Assembly (NCBI GenBank): GCA_028279805.1
Contig: JANQMZ010000007.1
Span: 630,001-662,000 of the forward strand
Direction of reading: 5' to 3'
DNA length: 32,000 nt
Source of the DNA: an archaeon
GTDB taxonomy: Archaea; Iainarchaeota; Iainarchaeia; Iainarchaeales; JANQMZ01
The notes beneath the pieces were generated by a model, which saw only the letters and a program-made list of their open reading frames with translations, was not told where the DNA came from and searched no databases. The translations under genes and the position numbers were made by a program. Every line of letters begins with the position of its first letter. Position 1 is the first letter of the stretch. Positions 8,704 to 15,802 of this stretch are shown piece after piece.

Positions 8704-9333
8704 ATGGCTGAAAAAGGCTTGTTTATTGTTTTTGAAGGAATTGACGGCTGCGGCAAAGGCACAATGATTACACGTTCGCTTGATTTTTTGTTTTCAAATT
8801 TTAAAGAATTTGACAACATTGTCATAACCCGTGAACCAACTCATTCTCAGGCAGGCAAACAAATAAGAAAATTGCTTGAAACCGATAAAGATCCTATGAC
8901 CAAATCAAAACAGTTATTGCAATTGTATCTGGAGGACCGAAAAGAACATTTGGATTCTTTAATCAGGCCAATAATTGCAAAAAAAGGAATTGTTTTATGT
9001 GACCGGTATAAGCATTCAACTTTAACTTATCAGCAAACACAGGGGCATCGTTTACAGCAATTAATTAATGCTCATAAAAATATGCTTGTTCCAGATTTAA
9101 CTTTAATTTTGGATGTTTCAGTTGAAACCGCGTTAAAAAGAATGGAGGAAGGCAGAACCAATTTTGAAAAATTTGAAAAAAAATATTTTATGAAAGAATT
9201 AAGGCAAAATTATTTGGAATTGCCGAATTTTTTGGAAAAAGAAAACATTAAAATTGTTGATGCTGAAAACTCTAAAGAAAAAGTTTTTGAATCTGTTAAA
9301 AAAGAAATTTTAAAAATTTTGCCAAAACATTAA
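8704..9333 (+). CDS. tmk: Thymidylate kinase
   Basis: P-loop FIVFEGIDGCGKGT and the DRY motif (CDRYKHST). I take the start at ATG 8704 (MAEKGLFIVFEG). The upstream 20 codons of the track ORF are hydrophobic and atypical for Tmk. Confidence 0.9.
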   Translation: MAEKGLFIVFEGIDGCGKGTMITRSLDFLFSNFKEFDNIVITREPTHSQAGKQIRKLLETDKDPMTKSKQLLQLYLEDRKEHLDSLIRPIIAKKGIVLCDRYKHSTLTYQQTQGHRLQQLINAHKNMLVPDLTLILDVSVETALKRMEEGRTNFEKFEKKYFMKELRQNYLELPNFLEKENIKIVDAENSKEKVFESVKKEILKILPKH

Positions 9334-9413
9334 TTTTTTTGTTTTAATCAATTTCAAGTTTTTTTTTAACAGAATTTTTTCATATGCTTCTAATTTTTTT
9401 TTATAAAAATAAA

Positions 9414-9485
9414 TGCGACCACCGGGATTCGAACCCGGGTCACCACGTTGGCAACGTGGAATCCTAACCACTAGACTATGGTCGC
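9414..9485 (-). tRNA. tRNA-Gly (anticodon GCC), no encoded CCA
   Basis: The reverse complement is GCGACCATAGTCTAGTGGTTAGGATTCCACGTTGCCAACGTGGTGACCCGGGTTCGAATCCCGGTGGTCGCA. The cloverleaf has anticodon loop TTGCCAA. Confidence 0.9.
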
Positions 9486-9493
9486 GTTACCAA

Positions 9494-9565
9494 TGGGCCC
9501 AAGCGGAATTGAACCGCTGATCTTCTCGGTGTAAACGAGACGTCATACCACTAGACCATGGGCCC
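9494..9565 (-). tRNA. tRNA-Val (anticodon UAC), no encoded CCA
   Basis: The reverse complement is GGGCCCATGGTCTAGTGGTATGACGTCTCGTTTACACCGAGAAGATCAGCGGTTCAATTCCGCTTGGGCCCA, with anticodon loop TTTACAC. It is separated from tRNA-Gly(GCC) by 8 nt. Confidence 0.9.
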
Positions 9566-9575
9566 CTGCAGCTTT

Positions 9576-10817
9576 TTAACCAAAAGCCGCAACTTTTACT
9601 TTAATGTTTCTGTCAAGTTTTCTTTTTTTAATTCCGACAATATTTGAAACATTGTTTTTGTCAGCTGCTTGAGCCAGTCTGCTGGTAACAATTCCGTCCA
9701 TTAAAATGGTGTGAACTTTTTTCTTTTTATCAAGTTCTTTAACCAAATCCCTGACTTTAACTTCGCCAAGCTTTTTGCCTTTTTCATCCAACAATCTTGC
9801 TTTCATTGAGCCTTTTAATTTTTCCAGTTTTGTTTTAAATGGTTCCAATTCTTTTGGATTTTCATCAACCGGCGCTCTTTTGTAAGGCGTTCTTCTTTGA
9901 TATCTTCCTGTCGGTCTTCTTTGAGGCATTCTGGAAGTTCTGCTTCTGGTTGGAATTCTTCTGGTTCCGGTGGTTGCAGTTGCTCTTCGTACAACTTTTT
10001 TTCCATCCAAATCTTCACTTTTTCTTCTTAAAGCCTGTAAAATTTCTTTGCTTTCCAGTTCCTCAACTTCTTTGCCGTCAGGAGCAAAAGCAAATCCGTC
10101 TATTTTTGCCATTTCCTGTAATTTTCTTGCGTTTAATTTGGCTCCTCTATCCCCATCTCCAAAAAATATTAAGCTTTTCTTTTTGCTTAAATCAATTATT
10201 GTTTTTGGAATGTTTGCTCCGCCCATTCCTATTACATTTTTTATTCCGTGTTTTAACAATGTTAAAACATCTGCCCGGCCTTCAACTATAATTATTTCTT
10301 TAGCTGAATCAATTTCCGGACCGGCCGGCAGTTTGTCAAAACCGTATTCTTTTAATGAAGATTTTTTATACCGGTCTCTGACTTCTTCCGCTATTTGTTT
10401 TGATTCCGGAATTTTATGTTCCATCATTGTTTTCAGTAATTCTTTTGCTCTGTCTTTTACTTTTTTTCTTTTAACGTTTCTTACATCGTTAATTGTTTTT
10501 GTTTTAAAATTTGAATTAAATGGGCCGACTTTGTCAACTGTTTCAATTCCAGCTGCCAAAATGCATGTTTGAGTCATATCCAAAGAACTTGGAATTGAAA
10601 TATTGCCGGATGTTTTTCCGTCTTTTGATTTTGCAACAATTTCTATTCTTCCAAGTTTGCCATTTTTTTGCAATTCTTTTAAATCCAAATCTTCGCCTAA
10701 CAACCCTTCACTTTGTCCGAATATTGCACCAACAACATCGTGTTTGTCTACAACTCCGTCAATTGCAAAAGTCATTAAAACTTCATATTTAACTGTATCG
10801 ACATAAATTTTTGCCAT
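9576..10817 (-). CDS. dnaG: Archaeal DnaG-type primase (Toprim domain; exosome-associated DnaG family)
   Basis: The conserved archaeal DnaG N-terminus is present (KYEVLMTFAIDGVVDKHDVVGAIFGQSEGLLGEDLDLKELQKNGKLGRIEI). Toprim motifs IIIVEGRADVLTLL and FFGDGDRGAKL are also present. Confidence 0.9.
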   Translation of the reverse strand: MAKIYVDTVKYEVLMTFAIDGVVDKHDVVGAIFGQSEGLLGEDLDLKELQKNGKLGRIEIVAKSKDGKTSGNISIPSSLDMTQTCILAAGIETVDKVGPFNSNFKTKTINDVRNVKRKKVKDRAKELLKTMMEHKIPESKQIAEEVRDRYKKSSLKEYGFDKLPAGPEIDSAKEIIIVEGRADVLTLLKHGIKNVIGMGGANIPKTIIDLSKKKSLIFFGDGDRGAKLNARKLQEMAKIDGFAFAPDGKEVEELESKEILQALRRKSEDLDGKKVVRRATATTGTRRIPTRSRTSRMPQRRPTGRYQRRTPYKRAPVDENPKELEPFKTKLEKLKGSMKARLLDEKGKKLGEVKVRDLVKELDKKKKVHTILMDGIVTSRLAQAADKNNVSNIVGIKKRKLDRNIKVKVAAFG

Positions 10818-10868
10818 ACTTTATCACTTCCTATATTTTTTTTGTTTTTAATTTATAGAATTAGCAAT

Positions 10869-11159
10869 TCAAAGCTTCAACAGGATTTCAACCTGTTTTT
10901 GCTTCAAACCTAACAGCAAAACTTTTTTTTTGCTGCTTTTATGGCCTGTGATTATTTTGGCTTTTGTTTCAAAGAGTTTGGAAAGCGTTTCAAGAATTTC
11001 CTGATTTGCTTTTCCTTCAAATGCTTCTTTCTTGATTTTTAATCTTAACCGGTTATCCCAGTCATCCAATCCGGCAAATTTAAACTGCCTTGAATTGGGT
11101 ATTATTTTAAGATTTAAAATAACTCCTTGAGAGTTTTCACTCAAAGCCTTTTCAATCAT
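10869..11159 (-). CDS. DUF167 / YggU-family (UPF0235) protein
   Basis: 96 aa with the pattern LNLKIIPNSRQ...L+LKIKKEAFEGKANQEILETLSKLF.....IITGHKSSKKKVLL, which is typical of DUF167. Confidence 0.75.
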   Translation of the reverse strand: MIEKALSENSQGVILNLKIIPNSRQFKFAGLDDWDNRLRLKIKKEAFEGKANQEILETLSKLFETKAKIITGHKSSKKKVLLLGLKQKQVEILLKL

Positions 11160-11244
11160 AATATTTGCTTTGATTTAGCTAATTCTTATAAGCTTAATAT
11201 ACTAATAGCTGTTCTACCACTTTAAAAGCCCTTCTATCGCCCTA

Positions 11245-11275
11245 AAAACCATAAAAAGGCTTAAATTATGGTTTT
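11245..11275. repeat. Perfect 10-bp inverted repeat (AAAACCATAA / TTATGGTTTT) with an 11-nt spacer
   Basis: Read directly from the sequence. The left arm is 11245-11254 and the right arm 11266-11275. It lies in the longest intergenic region of the window. Confidence 0.8.
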
Positions 11276-11292
11276 AGCACTATTTTTTCATA

Positions 11293-11313
11293 TTTTAGCT
11301 ATTTTTGCTAAAA
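11293..11313. promoter_or_regulatory. Perfect 7-bp inverted repeat (TTTTAGC-N7-GCTAAAA) ending 2 nt before the hjc Shine-Dalgarno; candidate operator or 5' hairpin
   Basis: Read directly from the sequence. The arms are 11293-11299 and 11307-11313. TTTAGC also occurs near 11172 and 11272. Confidence 0.45.
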
Positions 11314-11325
11314 TGGGTGATTTTT

Positions 11326-11736
11326 TTGAAAAAATACAATAAAGGAGCCGCAGCCGAAAGGGAATTGATTCACAAATTATACAATTCAGGTTTTTCTGTT
11401 GCACGAGTTGCCGGTTCAGGCTCAAGTACATTGCCGTGCCCTGACCTTTTGGCGTTTAATTCCAAAAAAAAACTTGCTTTTGAATCAAAGGCTCATAACA
11501 GCAATTATCTGAACATTTCTCATGAGCAGATTGATTCAATGCAGGAATGGGCTGATAATGCTAAAATTGATTTTTTTGTTGGCTGGAAAATTCCAAGGCA
11601 GGGCTGGCTGTTTTTAAAAAAATCTGATTTTAAAAAAAACAAAAAAAATTATTCCATATCCCTAATACAAGCAAAGAAAAAGGGTTTGTCTTTTAATGTG
11701 TTAACAGGCAGGCAAAAAACTTTGGTGAAAAAATGA
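11326..11736 (+). CDS. hjc: Holliday junction resolvase Hjc
   Basis: KGAAAERELIHKLYNSGFSVARVAGSGSS..PCPDLLAFNSKKKLAFESKA matches the Hjc catalytic core (E..., PD, ExK). I place the start at TTG 11326, which is GGTGA (11316-11320) + 5 nt. Confidence 0.85.
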   Translation: MKKYNKGAAAERELIHKLYNSGFSVARVAGSGSSTLPCPDLLAFNSKKKLAFESKAHNSNYLNISHEQIDSMQEWADNAKIDFFVGWKIPRQGWLFLKKSDFKKNKKNYSISLIQAKKKGLSFNVLTGRQKTLVKK

Positions 11737-11861
11737 CAGATTATGATGATTTAATTCACGAATTAGAATACAAACTGGAAAAAGAAGATTCCTTAAAAAA
11801 TTCTGTTTTGTTAAAAGATGCTATTAAAATTTTAAAAGAATTAAAAAACAGGGAAAAATAA
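11733..11861 (+). CDS. Candidate 42-aa small protein (MTDYDDLIHELEYKLEKEDSLKNSVLLKDAIKILKELKNREK), translationally coupled to hjc
   Basis: Its ATG overlaps the hjc TGA (ATGA at 11733-11736). The ORF fills the otherwise empty 11737-11913 gap and has an amphipathic helical character. It is below the 60-aa cut-off of the ORF track. Confidence 0.3.
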   Translation: MTDYDDLIHELEYKLEKEDSLKNSVLLKDAIKILKELKNREK

Positions 11862-11913
11862 TTTCAAACATATTATTTTTATTTTAAAAAACGTAAAATG
11901 TTATGATTTTTTT

Positions 11914-12534
11914 ATGTTTTCAGATTCTTTTTTTTCAGAAATTGAAGATTTTTGCAAACAAAAAATGGACAGCCTTGGGCTGGGTTATCATAACTGGGCA
12001 CATGTTCAGGATTTTGCACAAGCAGCTGATGTTTTGACAAAAGGTGAAAATTTGCCCGAAGAGCAAAGGCTGACTATAAGAGTTGCTGTTTTGTTTCATG
12101 ACACTGGTCTTAGTGAAACAAGACAGGGACATGAGGATGCAAGTGCAAGAAGTGCAAGGAAGTTTTTAACAGGAAAAATTTCTGAAAACAAAATTGTTGA
12201 AATTGAAAATCTTATAATGGCTACAAAATTATCCCGGGAACCAAAAACTGTTGGTGAAAGGATTATGCGGGACGCTGACCTGATTAATCTTGGAAAAGAT
12301 TTTTCTCATTTTTCAAAAAATATGGAAGCGGTTTTGGAAGAGGAAAGAAATGCAGGATTTGAAGGAACAGAACTTGAATGGCTTCAAATTGTTGAAAATC
12401 TTTTAAAAAAAGGATTTTTTACTGATACAGCCAAAAGGCTGTGGGGAGAAAACAGGGAGAAAAATCTTGCAAGAATAAGGCAAAGAATAAGAACAAAATC
12501 TGAAACAAAATCAAAAAGACTTAAAAGAAAATAA
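11914..12534 (+). CDS. HD-domain metal-dependent phosphohydrolase
   Basis: H...HD signature: YHNWAHVQDFA ... VAVLFHDTG, with a later RDADLINLG. Confidence 0.75.
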   Translation: MFSDSFFSEIEDFCKQKMDSLGLGYHNWAHVQDFAQAADVLTKGENLPEEQRLTIRVAVLFHDTGLSETRQGHEDASARSARKFLTGKISENKIVEIENLIMATKLSREPKTVGERIMRDADLINLGKDFSHFSKNMEAVLEEERNAGFEGTELEWLQIVENLLKKGFFTDTAKRLWGENREKNLARIRQRIRTKSETKSKRLKRK

Positions 12535-13191
12535 TCAGATTACTGTGGCAACAAACAGCATTGTTATTCCGATTAAAGCTGTTATTACCATTAAAATTAT
12601 TGAGTCAATTGTAATGACTCCCTGAAAGTTTATAAAAAAAGAATACAAGCTAAAAGCAATTGAAATTATTCCACCTATAATTAAAACAAGTGAAATTGTT
12701 TTGTTTCTGCCGCCGACACCTTTTACTTTCATTTCGCTTAAATCCTGTTCAACTTTTTGTGTTTTTTTTCCCAGTTCGTTTAATTGTTCTTTGACGCGCG
12801 TATTCAGGTCAGCCATTTTTTTTACTGTGTCATTTATTTGTTCCTGAAATGTTTTGCTTTGACCTGTAATGTTTTTTTCATAATTTTTTAAATCAGCCAT
12901 TACTTCATTTTCAACATTCTGTTTCATTGTTTCTCCGGCTTTTTTTGACTCTTCTTCTATTATTTTTCGGATTTCCGGTTTTTGTTTGTCTGCTTCCTGT
13001 TTTACAAAGCTTACAATTTCATTTTTTAATAATGCAAAAGTGTCCGCCTGTCCTAACAACAGCAATCTTTTTGCTTTTTCTTCTTCTACACCCAGATCTT
13101 CCAAGGTTTTGACAATTTTTTGCTCTGATTCTCCTTTTGCAACCATTTCCTGAATTATTTCAATAATGCTTGCTTCTTTTTTTTCAGCCAT
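12535..13191 (-). CDS. Tail-anchored coiled-coil membrane protein (hypothetical)
   Basis: 218 aa. It has a short N-terminal helical module (IIEIIQEMVAKGESEQKIVKTLEDLGVEEEKAKRLL), about 100 aa of K/E/Q-rich coiled coil, and two C-terminal hydrophobic helices. Its start overlaps the upstream stop (TAATG) and is preceded by GGTGG. Confidence 0.6.
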   Translation of the reverse strand: MAEKKEASIIEIIQEMVAKGESEQKIVKTLEDLGVEEEKAKRLLLLGQADTFALLKNEIVSFVKQEADKQKPEIRKIIEEESKKAGETMKQNVENEVMADLKNYEKNITGQSKTFQEQINDTVKKMADLNTRVKEQLNELGKKTQKVEQDLSEMKVKGVGGRNKTISLVLIIGGIISIAFSLYSFFINFQGVITIDSIILMVITALIGITMLFVATVI

Positions 13192-13829
13192 TAATCCACC
13201 TGTATTGTTTGTTCAAAACTTTCATTAAAGTTTTCAGATTTAATGTTAAATGATAACAAAGTTTCTCCTTTTTTCAATGGAGTTAAATTGTATTTAATTG
13301 TTTTGCATTCTTTTCCGGCAACTGAAATGCTGTCCGCCTGAAACCCTTCCTCAAAAAATTCTTTGTCATGTGTTTCATTCACATTTACTCTTACCCCGTC
13401 ACCATTGTTGCATAATTCTAACGCTAATTCAAAACCGAATCCCGCCAGAACCGGTTTTGGATAGGACGTGCTGTATTTAAAATCAACATTGCTGATGTTT
13501 GAAATTGATATGTCCGTTGTTATTGTTGAATGAAAAGGAGCTTGTGCTGAAAGTTTTACAAACGGGCTGGCAGGCAAAATTATTTCACTTTTTTCACCCG
13601 GTTTTAATTCCAAAACTTCCTGTAACAATTCTTCGTTTGCAAAAATTTTTATGTTCCTTATTAAATGCACTGATTCATTTTCAATAAAAACTTTTGTTTT
13701 TCCTGATTCAAATTCTTTTGAAAATTTTAATCCTGCGGTAAAAAACAATAAGTAAATTATTATTATTGCAAAAACTGCAAAAATAACTCCGAATACCAAA
13801 AATTTTCTTTTTTCAGCTTCTAAAAACAT
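13191..13829 (-). CDS. Membrane-anchored protein with beta-rich (Ig/CARDB-like) ectodomain (hypothetical)
   Basis: N-terminal TM helix (FLVFGVIFAVFAIIIIYLLFF), followed by beta-strand-like segments that include LKPGEKSEIILP. Confidence 0.6.
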   Translation of the reverse strand: MFLEAEKRKFLVFGVIFAVFAIIIIYLLFFTAGLKFSKEFESGKTKVFIENESVHLIRNIKIFANEELLQEVLELKPGEKSEIILPASPFVKLSAQAPFHSTITTDISISNISNVDFKYSTSYPKPVLAGFGFELALELCNNGDGVRVNVNETHDKEFFEEGFQADSISVAGKECKTIKYNLTPLKKGETLLSFNIKSENFNESFEQTIQVD

Positions 13830-13852
13830 TCAAATAACCTTGTGTTTTGTTG

Positions 13853-14596
13853 TTAATTTATTTTTCCTTTCTGCCAGTCTCTTAACAGAATAAATGCCGT
13901 TGTTTTAGTATCAGGTTTTCCTCCTTTTAAAAGTTTTTTTTTCTTTAAAGCAATTTTTTTTAACACAATTTCCGGATTTTTGTCCGTTATTTCAAATTTT
14001 TTGTTAAAAAAATTTTGGTTAACCGAAAAAAGATATTTAATCAGGTAATGAGCTGCCAATTCAGCATCCTCCATTTTCTCCGGATTTTTGGCTCCCATTA
14101 AAACAAGCAAATGCTCCTCTTTTTCTCCCCCTAAAACTCCCGGCGTGTCAATCAATAAAATTTTTTCACTGATTCTGATAAATTGTTCTCCTTTTGTATG
14201 CCCTGCAACGCTTGAAACTGAAGCACTTGCCTTACCCTTTAATGCATTAATAATTGAACTTTTTCCGGTATTAGGATAACCGATTAAGCCGATTATAACA
14301 TTTTTTTTTCTGCTCATTTTTCCTAGTTCTTTTCTCAATTTTATTATTCCGTTTTTTTGTTTTGCCGATAAAAAAACTGTTGGATGTGAAAGTTTTTGTT
14401 TAATTTTTTTTAAATTTGTTTCATCAGCCAAATCGCTTTTGTTTAAAACAATCAATAATTGTTTTCTTTTTTGTTTTACAATTTTTTCAATTTTTTTGTT
14501 CCTGCTTAAATCCGGAAACCGTGAATCTAATACTTCTATAATAATGTCAGCAGAATTAATTACTTTTATTACGCGTGAAAAATAATTTTTTTTCAT
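13853..14596 (-). CDS. Circularly permuted GTPase (YlqF/RbgA/MJ1464-like; probable ribosome biogenesis factor)
   Basis: The motif order is G4 (LNKSDL), G5 (LSAK), G1 (GYPNTGKSSIINAL), G3 (DTPGV), i.e. circularly permuted. Confidence 0.85.
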   Translation of the reverse strand: MKKNYFSRVIKVINSADIIIEVLDSRFPDLSRNKKIEKIVKQKRKQLLIVLNKSDLADETNLKKIKQKLSHPTVFLSAKQKNGIIKLRKELGKMSRKKNVIIGLIGYPNTGKSSIINALKGKASASVSSVAGHTKGEQFIRISEKILLIDTPGVLGGEKEEHLLVLMGAKNPEKMEDAELAAHYLIKYLFSVNQNFFNKKFEITDKNPEIVLKKIALKKKKLLKGGKPDTKTTAFILLRDWQKGKIN

Positions 14597-14953
14597 TTAA
14601 ACCAGTTTTAAGTTTTTAGTAAAAGCATTTATCTCATTTTCTGGGACAGGACCAACACCAAAACAGGTTGTTGTACCTGGCTTTAATTGTGTCAAGCCTG
14701 CATCTTTGATTAATGCAGCCGGAAATTTTTGTTTAACAGATTCAAATAATTCTAATAATTTTTGTTCATTTTCAATTTTTAAAACAATTTTTTCCTGCCC
14801 CTGTTCTTTCCATTCTTTAACCCATTCCTCATTTTTTATCTGAATTTTTTCCAAAGCATTAACTGATGCATGGGCGGCTTGTGCTGCCAATTTTCCTTTG
14901 CTTAAACCCAAGTCCTGCCTGACAACAATAACCTGTTTTAATTTTTCAGCCAT
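14597..14953 (-). CDS. pth2: Peptidyl-tRNA hydrolase, archaeal type (Pth2)
   Basis: QVIVVRQDLGLSKGKLAAQAAHASV...IKDAGLTQLKPGTTTCFGVGP matches the Pth2 core. It is 118 aa. Confidence 0.92.
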   Translation of the reverse strand: MAEKLKQVIVVRQDLGLSKGKLAAQAAHASVNALEKIQIKNEEWVKEWKEQGQEKIVLKIENEQKLLELFESVKQKFPAALIKDAGLTQLKPGTTTCFGVGPVPENEINAFTKNLKLV

Positions 14954-15042
14954 TTTAGAATTATTATTGAATTAGTATTAAAATGCTACTAAAAACAATT
15001 AAATAACACAAAACCAATTTTGTAATAATAAAGGTGATATTT

Positions 15043-15390
15043 TTGCCAAAACCAGGATCGGGAAGCAGGAGACCAGTGTCAAAAAACCGTGTTTCAGAAA
15101 AAGGTTTGTTGGCTGCAACTCGTATACCCGGTTCCAAAGTGTTTAATTCTGTTGTAAGAAGAAAACCTGAAATAAATGAACTTTCAATATTGGGAACCCC
15201 TCTTTGGGGAACTGCGGGGTTGGGAAGATATCTTGGAGATAACAGAATTCTTTTAACTTATAAGTATAATCCTTTTTCCGAACTTGGGAGGGGGGACGTA
15301 TTTGTAAAATTAGAAAAGCCAAAAACTGTAACCAGAAAACCGTGGCAAATATTGCGGGCTGTGGAAACGGAAGAAAAAAAGAAACTTTAA
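15043..15390 (+). CDS. rpl34e: Divergent 50S ribosomal protein L34e (eL34)-like protein lacking the zinc-ribbon cysteines
   Basis: With TTG 15043 as start (GGTGA 15033-15037 + 5 nt) the protein begins MPKPGSGSRR. It continues RIPGSKVFNSVVRRKPE..LSILGTPLWG and ends ILRAVETEEKKK. This parallels eL34 (MP.P..RSRS.RR...RTPGGR.V.....RKP...C..CG.PL.G ... IIRAFLIEEQK). The assignment is by eye only. Confidence 0.5.
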   Translation: MPKPGSGSRRPVSKNRVSEKGLLAATRIPGSKVFNSVVRRKPEINELSILGTPLWGTAGLGRYLGDNRILLTYKYNPFSELGRGDVFVKLEKPKTVTRKPWQILRAVETEEKKKL

Positions 15391-15405
15391 GAAAAAGAAA
15401 ACCGA

Positions 15406-15729
15406 TTAAGCTTCTGTTTGTTGTAATGTTATGCTTTTTGTTATTCCGTCTTCGCCCCACAGGAATGTAAAATTTTTTGTTTCACCTGAATCAAACCATA
15501 ACTGTTTGTTTCCCGGATTTTCATGTCCTTTTAATGTGAATTCGGGGTGATATTCTATTAATGCTCTTTTTCCTGTTATTCTTAAAAGCTTGAAAACAAA
15601 TTGTCCTTTGCCTTTAATCTGGCTGAAAGACTGCCCTTCTTTGACATTAAATGTGTCTTCTTTTATTTTTTTTTCAAAAGGCGGTTTCCATTGGTTTATA
15701 ATGCTTTTAACCTGAAACTGTGCATTCAT
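15406..15729 (-). CDS. Hypothetical small protein (107 aa, beta-rich)
   Basis: The ORF fills the gap between neighbouring genes. No family motif was recognised. Confidence 0.5.
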   Translation of the reverse strand: MNAQFQVKSIINQWKPPFEKKIKEDTFNVKEGQSFSQIKGKGQFVFKLLRITGKRALIEYHPEFTLKGHENPGNKQLWFDSGETKNFTFLWGEDGITKSITLQQTEA

Positions 15730-15802
15730 TTTTTTTCACCAAAATAAGAGAATAAAGTATGTTCAAAGCCCTATTTAAATTTTTAGCATTGTTATTTTTA
15801 CC

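Noticed and set aside
8551-9565. The tRNA cluster as an integration hotspot with an adjacent integrated element.
   Set aside because: There is no integrase, no partial tRNA duplication (att-like repeat), and no compositional shift. The flanking genes are ordinary housekeeping genes (tmk, dnaG).
9815-10806. Plus- and minus-strand ORFs overlapping dnaG (67-200 aa), and similar shadow ORFs inside ftsY, ald, srp54, herA, cca, the ATPase and purF.
   Set aside because: They are shadow frames of well-supported genes, with hydrophobic or low-complexity translations and no start-site signals.
11741-11810. AUGAUGA (a C-box-like string) downstream of hjc, as a possible C/D box sRNA.
   Set aside because: No CUGA D or D' box occurs at an appropriate distance, and there is no terminal stem. 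The string falls inside the candidate 42-codon ORF.
15034-15400. The GC-enriched segment as an RNase P RNA or SRP RNA gene. It contains strings such as CCAGGAUCGGGAAGCAGGAG and ACAGAAUUC that loosely recall SRP helix 8 and RNase P CR-IV/V.
   Set aside because: There is no GAGGAAAGUCC-like CR-I. No strand can pair with the putative P4 segment. The GNRA tetraloop closing pairs do not form. An SRP RNA would have to begin inside pth2. A protein reading with a perfect SD-N5-TTG start and eL34-like N- and C-termini explains the region better. I keep it as an alternative in the eL34 finding.
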